Both the position numbers and the translations under genes were made by a program. Shown one piece after another: positions 36,431 through 47,941 of a DNA stretch of 64,000 bases (its first letter is position 1; each line of letters opens with the position of its first letter). The notes below the pieces were generated by a model, which had not been told where the DNA came from, did not search any database, and saw only the letters and a list, made by a program, of their open reading frames with translations. The DNA is from Parasitella parasitica NRRL 2501 (lineage: Eukaryota > Fungi > Mucoromycota): positions 26,663 through 90,662 of the forward strand of contig MU619366.1 in the NCBI GenBank assembly GCA_025201805.1, read 5' to 3'.

Positions 36431-37418
36431 TTACAACTTTGATGTGTTTAGTGCTGTATTCTTCACCATCCACCGATGACACCATTGAACACTTGACTCG
36501 AACATTTCTGGACACCACTCATGACCAACTCCAGGAACCAGATAGTACTTCCAATCGTGGCCTTCTTTACCGGTATGGATGTGTCGCAACGATTCAATCA
36601 AAGGTCCATTGTACTGGGCTTTTACCAGCATGTCTTTTTCGCCGTTAATTATGAGAAGGTGCTTTGATTTAAGCTGTTGATCCATATTCACGGTTGCTTT
36701 CATCACAGTATTGCAAAAATATCGTGGCAGATAAATTTCAGACGGCATGTTAGATTCTTTTAGACGGGATTCCATCAAGGCTAAAAAGTCTGCCATGCCG
36801 ACGATGGGGATTGCCACAGTAATTCGAGGATCTGGAATGTAATACAAAATGTTAAATGTAACTGTTGTATAATAACCGATATACATACCGTTTGCTGCAG
36901 CCATAAAGGTAGCATGGCCACCCATTGAAAAGCCAATGCATCCCCAAGTTCGAACTAACGAATGAGACTGAGGGCCAAATATATAGTGTTCCACCACGTC
37001 AATCAATTCGGTCACTGTTCTAGCAGTAGAGTTGACCATACCCCACATATCCACTGCGTGGTTAGGGTTCCTGTGCTTTCCTTCCACCCAGCCAAAGTTT
37101 GCTAGTTTGTGTACGAGTCTACTGCCATGATTAGCAGAGTCAAAGGTGATTACAAGCATATGCGAGTCATCCTTTTCCCTCTTTTCATTCAATTGGCAAA
37201 TAGCCTGAGCAATGGGCTCCATTTTCGATTGGTTTTCTATTTGTAAGCATAAGCGATACATGCTAATTTGTCAATACACGCGAGTACCTACGTAGTCTTC
37301 CATGTAGAGCAAACATGATCGATACAGGGGTTCCTTGAGGAAGCTTGTTGTATTCATCCAAGCCATAGACGGTGATATTAAGTCCAGGAATCGGAATGGC
37401 TTGCTTTGATGATGCCAT
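36431..37418 (-). CDS. Alpha/beta hydrolase (esterase) with C-terminal PTS1 (SKL); 3 exons
   Basis: FALHGRL, FDSANHGSR, nucleophile GFSMGG, GEKD, GVGHEW; ends NTSKL. Confidence 0.85.
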
Positions 37419-37558
37419 GTTCAAGTGTAGAGTAGCAGTAGCAGTAGCAGTAGTAGGAGGAGAAGAAGAAGCGTCAAGCAAACATTTGTGAGAATGGCAC
37501 AAGTCAGCATAAATAAAAGACACCACCCCATCCGGGTAAAAGAATTGCATTTTTTATT

Positions 37559-38398
37559 TTACTTTTGTAAAAACTTTTTGATATCATCCTCAATGGCCTG
37601 AGGCTCAACCAACGAAGAATAGCGCTCAACGACATTACCTTCTCTATCGACCAAGAATTTCTATGTGCTCGGATTATTCAATGAGCCCCATCTACAGTGA
37701 GCATTTCTGTGCTGATCTTACCTCGAAATTCCATTTGATTCTGGTCAAACTAGGATGTGTAGTTAGACATTTGTCTCTGCAGTATTTTTTTGTATATCGG
37801 CTGTTACCCAAAGATGCCAGGCTTGGACTCTTTTAAAAACTTGTAGAGCGGTGCTTCCTTGGGGCCATTGACATCGCTGTGCATGCCACCTTATTAGTAT
37901 ATGGAATACTGCTACTTTTTGCTTTGCTTACAGTTTGGCAAGGAGTGGAAAATCAACATCGTAGGTGAGCTTACAGAAGTTTTCAATTTCTATCATGTAT
38001 TTTATATGATTATATGAAACCAATTGCGCAGAAGCTTTTAAATACCATCAGGGTTGCCAGGCTCTGAAGACATGGTGCGATCGTTAGCTGATTATAACAA
38101 TTTGTAGCATTGCATTTACCTTGGCCCATAAACTGATTGCAAGGAGCACCGACAAGCTCAAATCCCTCATCTTTGTACTTTTTGTAAAGTTCTTCTAAGC
38201 CTTTGTATTGACGCGTGAAACCACATTTAGAAGCTACATTCACGAAAAGCACCACCTGAAGGTGTGTGTTTTTCTCAATAATTTACAGAGAAAACAAAAA
38301 AAAAAAAAAGATCCTCAACATACTTTTCCTTCGAGTGAGCTCAATTTCCAATCGGTATTTTTGAGAGTTTTGACAGAGAGATTATACAATTTTGACAT
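37559..38398 (-). CDS. Cys-type glutathione peroxidase-like thiol peroxidase (Gpx3/Hyr1-like); 7 exons including an 18-nt exon (38063-38046)
   Basis: [41 protein letters not shown]. Confidence 0.93.
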
Positions 38399-38733
38399 GA
38401 TTATTTGTAAGCCAAAGAGGGAAAAAAGAAACAAACACTTGAAATGCATTGGGCGGGCGTATGAATGAAAAAAAAAGATGTTTGTACAAATCACTGAGTA
38501 TCCGCATAATTACGTAGTAAATATATATATACTAGTTGCACTACCATCTATCACACATGTCAGCTTGGTTATTCTGGTTTTTGAGTCTCATTTGGGGCCT
38601 TTGTTATGCATTCCGTGATGGTTCTACAGGATCATCAAACACTGCTGTTGTGACCGTAATAAAGTGAGCCAAAAGAAAGAAAAAAAAAAAACCTACATTT
38701 CACTCGAAATGCACCATTTCTTGTAAATCAACC

Positions 38734-39880
38734 ATGTCTTCTTTAGCGCTTGATCAGTTACTAAACAACAAGAAATCTTCGTCATTCATTTTCATAAATG
38801 ACACTATTCGTCTTTCAGCGTTGCCGATTTTGACAGATATAGGAAGACGCGCACTTGACGATGGCAAATCACTAGTGGTGCTTTTGACAGAAACGTCTCC
38901 TAGAGCATGGCGGGAACGCTTTCCTGCCGTCAAAGGAAACAACATATACATAATTGACTGTTACTCTGATCCACATGGCTGGGATGATGATGACGATGAT
39001 GAAAAAGAGGAAAAGAAAAACAGCACTGATAGCAATACAATCCGAGTCAGTAACATCAGAAATATGGAAAAAATGATTCTGTCTCCCCTCCTAAGGAAAA
39101 TTATGGATACTCCCAAGTGTACCATTCTGGTGGACTCTATCACTCCATTAGCAATAATCTCTCAACATAGAGCCTATCAACTTGTCAAGGCATTAGAATC
39201 ATTGACAACAGGTAGCTGAAAACATGTATTTTTTTATTTTTTTTTAATCAAATTTACCATTGATATTAATACGGCATGCAGACGCCATTCGCCTAGTTGT
39301 TGGGTATCATTCTGACATAAAATTAGTCTCCAAGACTGGGTTGACCTTGCAAGATTCACTCAACAGACTTGCAACAGTGATTATCAAATTAGAGGCAGTA
39401 AAGGAGCGCACAGCATTCGAGACTCAGGCTGCATTAACTGGCTTTGTACCTCAAGATACATTTTCCTATCTAACCATTACATCAAACTGCTTGACAAAGG
39501 GAGGCATTGCGCATATTGAATGGAGGAAAAAGAGCGGAAAAGTGCAGTATGAATCTAATGGATTCATCATGCTCCAGCAGGACGGGTCACTACAGGCAGT
39601 GCCTGCGAATCAATTGACATTGGAAAAAGAGCAAGAGCCTGAGCCCGTGGCCATGGAAGTAGACACAAAGCCTGATCCGACAGCCAATCTGTCCTTCAAC
39701 TTGACGCTGACTGATGAACAGCGTAGAACCAAGGAAAACCTAGTATTGCCGTACATGAAGGCGCAACAACTGGAGGTGTCGATCGAAGAAGAAAAGAAGA
39801 GCAGCGGGTTGATCTACTACGATCCTGATGCAGCAGATGACTTTGACGACGAGGATCCTGACGACGATTTAGACATTTAG
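38734..39880 (+). CDS. ELP5: Elongator complex subunit 5; intron 39212-39281
   Basis: IDCYSDPHGW, ILVDSITP, DPTANLSFNLTLTDEQRRTKENLVLPY, C-terminal IYYDPDAADDFDDEDPDDDLDI. Confidence 0.9.
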
Positions 39881-40403
39881 GCTGTATCATATTGAGAGAC
39901 GGTAGAGCACTTTTTTTTGTTTTGTTTTTTTAACTATATTAAAGAACTGTTTTGGCACGCACACTGGGATATTTGACATCTGACGATTTCTTTTGTTTCG
40001 CAACTGCTAAAGACAGACGCCCATGCGTGCACTATTAACCATGGTGATGAAACAATCAAGTTGCGATGACTAAGGAATGTGTACAGCTCATGAGTCAAAT
40101 TGTATAATGTTTACTGCAAAGTTTGTGTTCCCACTGTCATGAGTTCTGGAGAGAATACGGGTAATCAATTTACAATTTTTATATCTGTTCCTGTGCAACA
40201 AGCGTAACCTCGGAGTGAATTTTGTGATTCGGTATATTTGTAAATACATGTTCTCGGTCTTGGCCATCATTGATTTCGCTGCCTTTGTACATCTGCATAG
40301 CGGATCAAGATGTGTTTCATTAAATATTTAGCCCCACTTTGCAATTCATATGGTCTCTTTTTGCGTGTTTTTTTATTATGTCTAGTGGTGCAGNNNNNNN
40401 NNN

Positions 40404-40435
<32 letters not shown>

Positions 40436-40725
40436 AAGCAATTAGATGATCTATATTTGCTTGAAATGACTGACAGCCACTCACAAGCCTGCGAGAGAGA
40501 GCAGCGGTATTTTTTTTTTCCACGAACTTGACGAATCACTGATGTTGGTATCACAATGCCTACAACACTACATCAGCTTCTTCGATTATTAATACATGGT
40601 TGATTCTGCATTTTCTCTCTCCCCTTTTCACTCTATATAAAAGCGAGCAAGAAAGATCCGTTTCTTTTCTTCTCTTGTCATCTTACCAACCCAATCTTTC
40701 AAACTAGATCAATTCCAAGAAAGAC

Positions 40726-42586
40726 ATGGCATATGTGGAGGAAAACTTAATCAAGAGTCAATCAGCTTCTTTCAACATAAAAGAAGAAAAGAAACTAGAG
40801 TCTTCCGCCATTGGAACTGAAGAAATCAATTCTGTTCAAAAAGCAGGAAGCATGGCGAGCTCTGAATCGACAGCTAAAACAGGTATGGTGCCACGCTCTA
40901 AAAAAAAAACTCGCCCCCAGCAAATCCATGTATTAACAGCCAGCCCCTCAATAGATACCCTAACTCCCTCTGAAAAGGACGTGGAGAAAGCTTCTGCCCA
41001 ATTATCGTCTGTAGAAGAAGACGAAGAAGGGCCTGACGGAGGCTATGGCTGGCTTGTTGTTCTGGGCGCATTTTCGGTGCAAATCACAAGCTTCGGCGTT
41101 GTGTCTAGCTGGTAATTACACATGCAAGAGATAGAGGAAAGAGCTATAGCATTACTAATCACAAACCTGTCAATTTTCTTTTTTCTACCATTAGGGGTAA
41201 GCAATACAGAACAAATATGCATGCCGTGCATGCAGAATGGACATTGAATGATTAACATGGCTGTTATATAGGTGTGATGCAAGACTATTTCCATCAAAAT
41301 ATGTTTGCTGATAATCCCAAGGCACTGGTAGATCTAAGTTTCGTGGGCACTCTGGCCCTAGTTTTCATCAACGGCGCAAGTCCTATCGTGCAGGTGTTTG
41401 TCGCAAGATTTGGTCTGCGTCCTATTATGATTGTGGGCACAATATGCATCACAGTGGCTCTGGAGATGGCTGGATTTGCCACTCAGGTAATTATCAGACA
41501 CGCACCTTTGGATCAAAGAAGCTAAAAAAAAAAAGGACGATAGATATGGCATTTGTATCTCACACAGGGTATACTGTTTGGATTGGGAGCTTCTTGCATG
41601 TATGGCACAGTAATGGCGGTTACACCACAGTGGTTTACCAAGAATAGAGGTATTGCATTGGGAATCGTCGCAGGTGGATCTGGCATTGGTGGCCTAGTTG
41701 TCCCCTTTATTGTTACGCCTCTTAATAGAAATCTAGGCCCTGCGTGGACTTATCGCATTCTGGGGTTCATTTGTCTCGCATGCGACATCCTTGCCTGCGT
41801 TTTTGTCAAGGAAAGGATTGTTCGTAAAAAGGAAAAGAGGAGCATCTCTCAAATCATACCACTGGGTGTGCTCAAGAATACAAACTTTCTGATTTTCAGC
41901 ATCGCTTCGGATATTGGCTTGTTTGGCTATTTTGTGCCCTTCTTCTTTCTGCCTGGTAAGTAACAAAGTCTGTTGTTACGTAGAACATTGCGCCAGGTTG
42001 CTGACTCCTTGCAATGGTACAAATTACAGCCTATGCCACCTACCTAGGCATGTCCGATTCTCAAGGGTCTGCTCTTATTGCGGTCTGTTCTGCCATGAAC
42101 TTTATTGGACGTTTGGCCGCTGGGTAAGATGTTCAATTCTGAATTGGATGGCAAGAGTTTTTATGACTAACAATTGTCCCTAGCGCCTTGGCAGACCGCA
42201 TTGGGCGTCTAAACTCGAACGTGATTTTTACTCTGCTCACGGCTATCAGCTGTCTACTTATTTGGACATTCGCTTTTGATTACTCGTCGTTGATGGGATT
42301 CAGCGCAGTATTCGGTTTTGGCTGTGGTTCTTATTTTGCTTTGATGTCACCGATTACAGCGAATTTGCTAGGCATGGAAAAATTGCCCTCAGGGCTATCA
42401 CTGCTACTCTTCTTGAACATGATCCCTGTCTTTGGATCTAATATTGCCAGTGCCATCGAAACAGGCGTGAGCTCTGCTCCATTTTTTTCTTACAAAATGT
42501 TTGCTGGTGTTGCTTGGCTAATGGGTGCAATTCTATTAATCATTTTGAAGTTCAAGATCAACAGGAACCCGTTTGTAAAGATATAG
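40726..42586 (+). CDS. MFS monocarboxylate transporter (MCT/Mch family), multi-exon with a 2-nt exon at 41195-41196
   Basis: PDGGYGWLVVLG, SWGVMQDY, LYLTQGILFGLG, QWFTKNRGIALG, LADRIGRLN. Confidence 0.92.
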
Positions 42587-45500
42587 CTTTATTTATTATT
42601 TCGCCATAAAGTTTTACACAACAAAAGATCGACATTAGAGTTTCGTTTCACGCGACAGTAAAAAAAAAACTATTGCTTTGTCAAAATCGCACAGAACGAG
42701 TTGAATTACACGCTGAATTCAATACATAAAAATAAAAATTAATCAGACTCTTAGCAAGTCTAAAAGGTGAAAAATGAACTAAGTTCTTCTTTATTATCGC
42801 GGCGTGTATAGTGTTTATACTAATCTTAAGGATGAATTGCAATGTATGTTTCTATGCTTGCTTTTGGTACACATGGTCCAATAAAGTGATATACCTAGGC
42901 TTATAATCAGGTCTATCTACTCTTCGAGGTAAGCCAGTCTAAACACTTCTAGCTTATTGCTTAATATTATGTAGTATCAGATCAATCTCGTACTGTTTAA
43001 AATGTGAGTTTATAGCTAAGGTGTCTGTTGTCAACGCAAAAGTTATTCAAGTACGATTGATCTTATTAATTTAATATGTTAAGTACAAAAATTCGCAACA
43101 TCGTCTGTCACTTCATGTTGAACAAATTGACCATAAGATGGTCTTTCTGCTCGATTTATTACTTTTATTCCCATTACTCAGGCCTGGTCCTCTTTGGCGC
43201 TCCCGTAATTCTCATCAAAACTCATTTGGGCTCTCCAGCAATATGCTGCCGGAAAAACAAGTTTTCTTCTAGTAATCAGTGTTCGTTTCCTCTAGTACTA
43301 TTTCTGGTCGCCAGGTTTTCCCTATATACCTTAGTTTGTTGCTTTATCTTAATCTTCTTCTGTTTCTTTCCTTTAATTCACGCACATCTCAGGATCACCA
43401 TAAGGAGAAGAAATTATAACCTTCAACACAAAAGCATAGTATTCAATTGTAGAGTCTTTGGCTTCTAACACTTATTAGAGCTACTTTATATTCCCATTTT
43501 CGTATATTACACTATCAACTTCGCTCTCACGGGTTATTCGATCGGTGAAGCTTCTGCGTATGTACCAAGCTTAGTGACGAAGTCAAATCTCACCTCTTCT
43601 TTCGTTCCAATCTCCTTTTCTAAGTAACTTGGTATGTTCAATATGTCAAGTGATATCTATTTAGAAGCAATCCCTTTTACCCTCATTACTGTACAAGAGC
43701 CAGGTTTTACGAGTAGTGTAATGATCACTTTAGAAAACAATCATATGGTGCATTATGAAACAATAGAGCAATAAAAAAACCATTTATTATTCATCATCGT
43801 CATCTCACTCTCCTCCAGAGACACACTCCCCGACATCATAGCAGCTTCTACAAGAAACAAACCATCTTTAGTTTGTGGCCAAAAAACTGCTGTTGTGTTC
43901 TGCTTGGTTTTTTCCTCCTTTTTCTCCCCAACCAGCTGCTTGATTTTGGCTACTGTCTTTCCTCTTTTCTCGTCTTCCTTCTTGTCTTTCATACTAGACA
44001 CAAAGTTCTGAAAAAAAAATTAAATTGTTAATTCAGTTTGAACCGAATTCAAATGGAATTTTGCCATTTAGTGCAAGCTTTAAGCTTGTTTTCATACTTG
44101 TGCTTTTAGCTATTTTTGAAAATTCGCCAAGCGCCCTCTTTAGAGTTCAAGATTGATATTTTTATTCTTTTAAAAAAAAAGGTGGAAACAGTGTCACCCT
44201 TAGTAAAAATATTAGTGCTGTTACAAAACAGTTTTATAAATCAACTCACCAGTGGGGGCAGACATTAGAAAGACCGGATAACTCTTCAAGAAGATGGGAC
44301 CTTTAAAGTCTTCTTCGGAGTATAGGGAGATGTTCAAAGCGTTTAAATAAAAAGACTTCGTGTGCATGAATATCTAGTCTGCTCATAAAAGTATGAAAGT
44401 CAGGCATAAAAAAATATCTATAGTTGACAAAACACTTACACGAATCGCAAAACTTCCTTGTATAATGTCTGATATGATGTATTTTTAGAATTAAATAGAG
44501 GCGTAGTGAACTAGGATTATTAATGTCAAGTAGCAATTGAATACATCATGAATATTTCTAGTATATTCATGATGTTATTCTCTGTCGTATTGGGTACTTG
44601 AATATTGCTACGCCTTTCTACAAGATTCCAGTATGTTCCTAAAAGGGAATATCCTTTGAGACGTCGCCTGTAGTCGAGATCACTATATTCCTGTTGCACA
44701 TGTAGTGTTCTTGGAGGATCGATTTTTTTATTCTCTTTTAATTTCATAGACAGGCTTTTTTCATGCTATACCGTAGAAGTATTGATAGTGTTAGCTGACT
44801 AACCAATAACAGGATAATAACTTGGTGTAAACTTACATTTTTTAAAATGCAATCAACAGTATCGTCTATTGTGCTTCTGTCTTGATTTATTTGCCTTGTA
44901 ATTTTATTCGCTTTGTCTTTTAAGTTGGCTGGTAATAGATCCATTTGACTAGATGGGCTCTTGTCTTTCATACCAAGGATACTTTTCATTGGAGTCATCA
45001 CGTCAATAGAGAAGAAAATAAAAGGCTTTACTAGTAAAAAAAAAAAAGAGTCTTTACTGAGCTATTTTTTAGACGATTTGAAAGATTTAAAAAAGTCAGG
45101 CTATATATCAATAGAGGGTATCTATAACCGTAGAAGGCCTGCCTTTCTTTTAAATAACCACCTACATTAATCGTGAAGAAAAAGATACTATAGAAGATGC
45201 TTAAAAAAGGAGCAAGGAAGCAGCGTCTTGAAAAAAAGTAACAAAGGTTAACTTTATAAATTTTATAATCCAGGGCAAACATGAACAGCAAACCTCTCAT
45301 ATTATCGTACATATATGTTCAGATATTGGGCGCAAAAATATACTTGATTCCATTCTTCTGCTGGAATTTTTTTCTTTTTGTCTGATTTCGTCGTTCAAGC
45401 TCCCTACTACAATTTTCAAGTTAGGCAAATTTTTTTTTTTGACAAAACGACTCTTCAAATTATCCCTTTGACTTTAGCAGCTCTCAGAATACGAGCATCT

Positions 45501-45860
45501 AGAATGAGTTCAGACTCTAGCGAGGCAACTTTCTTAAGCTTTTTGACCGGGGATTTTGTGGATATGAGACTGATGAAGTGAAAAAGAACTTGTTGATCTG
45601 TTCAGGTTGACTTGAAACTTTTTGAACCCCAACCAGAAAATAAAACCCCCATCATCAAACAAAGTACCTGAATTGACAATGTGTTCTTTTTTCACAAACA
45701 GTGCTGTGAGAGACACGTCTTTACACGAAATGATGTTTGCATTAGGCTAGAAAAAATGCTACCTTAGATGTGTTGGATTGTCATGGATAATTCAAAGGAA
45801 GCTAACTTATCGTGTAGAATGTCTCTAACAATAAAAATATCAGCTGGAGTCATCTCTTTA

Positions 45861-46568
45861 ATGATGCTTAAATTATCGAAACTGTCTTTAGAATTACTAT
45901 ATATTATATGCGAATACTTGGATACAGATGATTTACTTGTATTAGCAAGACTGAAAAGATGGTACAATTACCATCTTGCAATATTATTAAGTGAGCGAAT
46001 CGACCCAAAAGACGCTGATATGAAAGAAGTACCAATTAACAAGAAAAGAAATGCGACTTGAAATATTTATACGAACGAAGATCGCCGTCGGTACTTCTTT
46101 TACCTTCATGAAAAATTGTTGAAGCATGCGGAAGCCGCTAAACTTGCTAATGTTAATCCTGAAACTGCGAGAAAATGGAAGTGAGAATACAACAAAGACC
46201 CTGAAAAGAATATACTACTAAAAAAAAAAAAAACGAACCGTACATCAAAAAGAGCACCGAGTCAAATAAATGAAAACCATAAAATGCACTTGCTTAACTT
46301 TTTCGATGAGGACCCCTCAGCGGTTATCCAGGTCGCAGTCGAAGAATTAACCAAAAGCTTTGAAGGCTTGGAGATAAAGAAGAGTAGGGTTGCTGAATTC
46401 ATGCAAGAGGAGTGCAGCCTCATCTTAAAGGCCGTTACACGTCGTCCTAAAGCAATAAATAGTCGGAAAAACCTTGAGGCTCGTGCTAACTGGGTTATGG
46501 AATGGCAACAACAAGGTTTGCATTTTATGAACAACTGTAAATTGGGAGTGGAGGCACAGTACTACTAA
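45861..46568 (+). mobile_element. Truncated IS630/Tc1-mariner transposase relic (HTH region) with an in-frame F-box-like segment upstream
   Basis: One frame with TGA at 46059 and 46182: EAAKLANVNPETARKWK, SQINENHKMHLLNFFDEDPSA...LTKSFEGLEIKKSRVAEFMQEECSL; stops at FMNNC, just before the expected first DDE Asp. Confidence 0.8.
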
Positions 46569-46653
46569 AGTTCACTTATATTTGGCATTACACCAATTTA
46601 CACCAATTTACACAGGCACATGACCTTTATTCTCTTTTTCTCTTCTCTACATC

Positions 46654-47593
46654 ATGTCAGAGCAGTTATCAACCGTAGTTATTGAACCCACTGCCGCACA
46701 CACGGCTACTGTGATATGGTTGCATGGGTTAGGGGATTCTGGTGTTGGCTGGCTCTTTTTGGTAGAAGAACTAGGGCCTAAATTTCCTTACATCAAATGG
46801 ATTCTTCCAAATGCGTGAGTGCTTTTATGGGCAACTAACACATTATTGAAAATTCATTGACATGGTACATAGACCGTTGAAAACAATTACATCCTTTGGA
46901 GAAGGGGCCTTGGTGAATGCATGGTTCAGCATCAACAGTTTTGAAAAGAAGGCTCATTTGGAAAAGATCGACGAGGATGGTATGCTTGAATCTGTAAGGC
47001 AAAGTACGTACAGAACATAAATTTTTAAATTAGAAAAAAAAAAAAAATACGACTTGAAAAATGAACGTTTTTATAGTCGATCAATTGATTCATAGTGAGA
47101 CAAATCTTGGTTTATCAAGCCAACGTATTGTTTTGGGCGGTTTCAGTCAAGGTATGCACGTGTGTAAAGGTGATAGACAGCTCTACGTATAATGTTTACA
47201 ACGATAAATTAGGATGTGTAATTTCGCTTCTAACAGCAGTCTCTACCAGCCATCAATTAGCAGGAGTTGTAGCATGCAGTGGTTGGCTGGCCCTGGGAGA
47301 AAAGCTCGATACAGTAAGTTTCAACCTTATTTGTTTGTGCACTCAGCATTAAATTTCTGTGCAAGTTTGGCTCTGAAATGAACAAACAAATCCCCATTTT
47401 AATATGCCATGGTGAAGACGATTCTGTGGTTGCATATCGTTTTGGTAAAGCAACAGCTAAATACCTGGCAAAGAAAGGGTACATGATACAATTCAAAAAC
47501 TACCCTGAGCTTGCGCATGCTACTGAACCCAAGGAAATTGAAGATATTAGCGACTTCATGGCAAAGTGCCTGCCTGTAATTAGCAAACTTTAA
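46654..47593 (+). CDS. Acyl-protein thioesterase 1 / lysophospholipase-like protein ending in SKL; 5 exons
   Basis: HTATVIWLHGLGDSG, IKWILPNAP, RIVLGGFSQG, CHGEDDSVV, YPELAH; ends VISKL. Confidence 0.9.
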
Positions 47594-47941
47594 AAAGAAA
47601 GGCTCAGAGTTGCGTAATGCTGCATTTTTATACATGACATTTACATCACTTGAGAGGAATGTTGGAGGAGGAGGGATTTTGTTGTCAATTTTATGGTATT
47701 TACATTGCTTGTTAAAAACGTTCTTGGTTGCGAATAAAATAGACAAGCTGTTAAAATGATCGTCGCTTTTAGGCCTGAAATCATGTTGGCACAATGCAGT
47801 TCCAGTCGATCTGAATATCCGCATTATAGTGCTTGATGATTGTTTATTTTAGATTTTCTAATAAGATATAAATTACGGCTGCTCTCTATTTTCTCTTTAT
47901 CTTCCTTTTGGTTCTTTTTAAATTCATACTAGTTTGCGACT

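Noticed and set aside
37559-38398. Selenocysteine in GPX
   Set aside because: The active-site codon is TGT (Cys)
40040-40150. GTGATGA C-box-like motif downstream of ELP5
   Set aside because: No properly placed CTGA D box or terminal stem
41112-41271. Stwintron (nested intron) explanation for the MFS micro-exon
   Set aside because: Removing the first intron does not create a new GT donor; two ordinary introns around a 2-nt exon explain the frame
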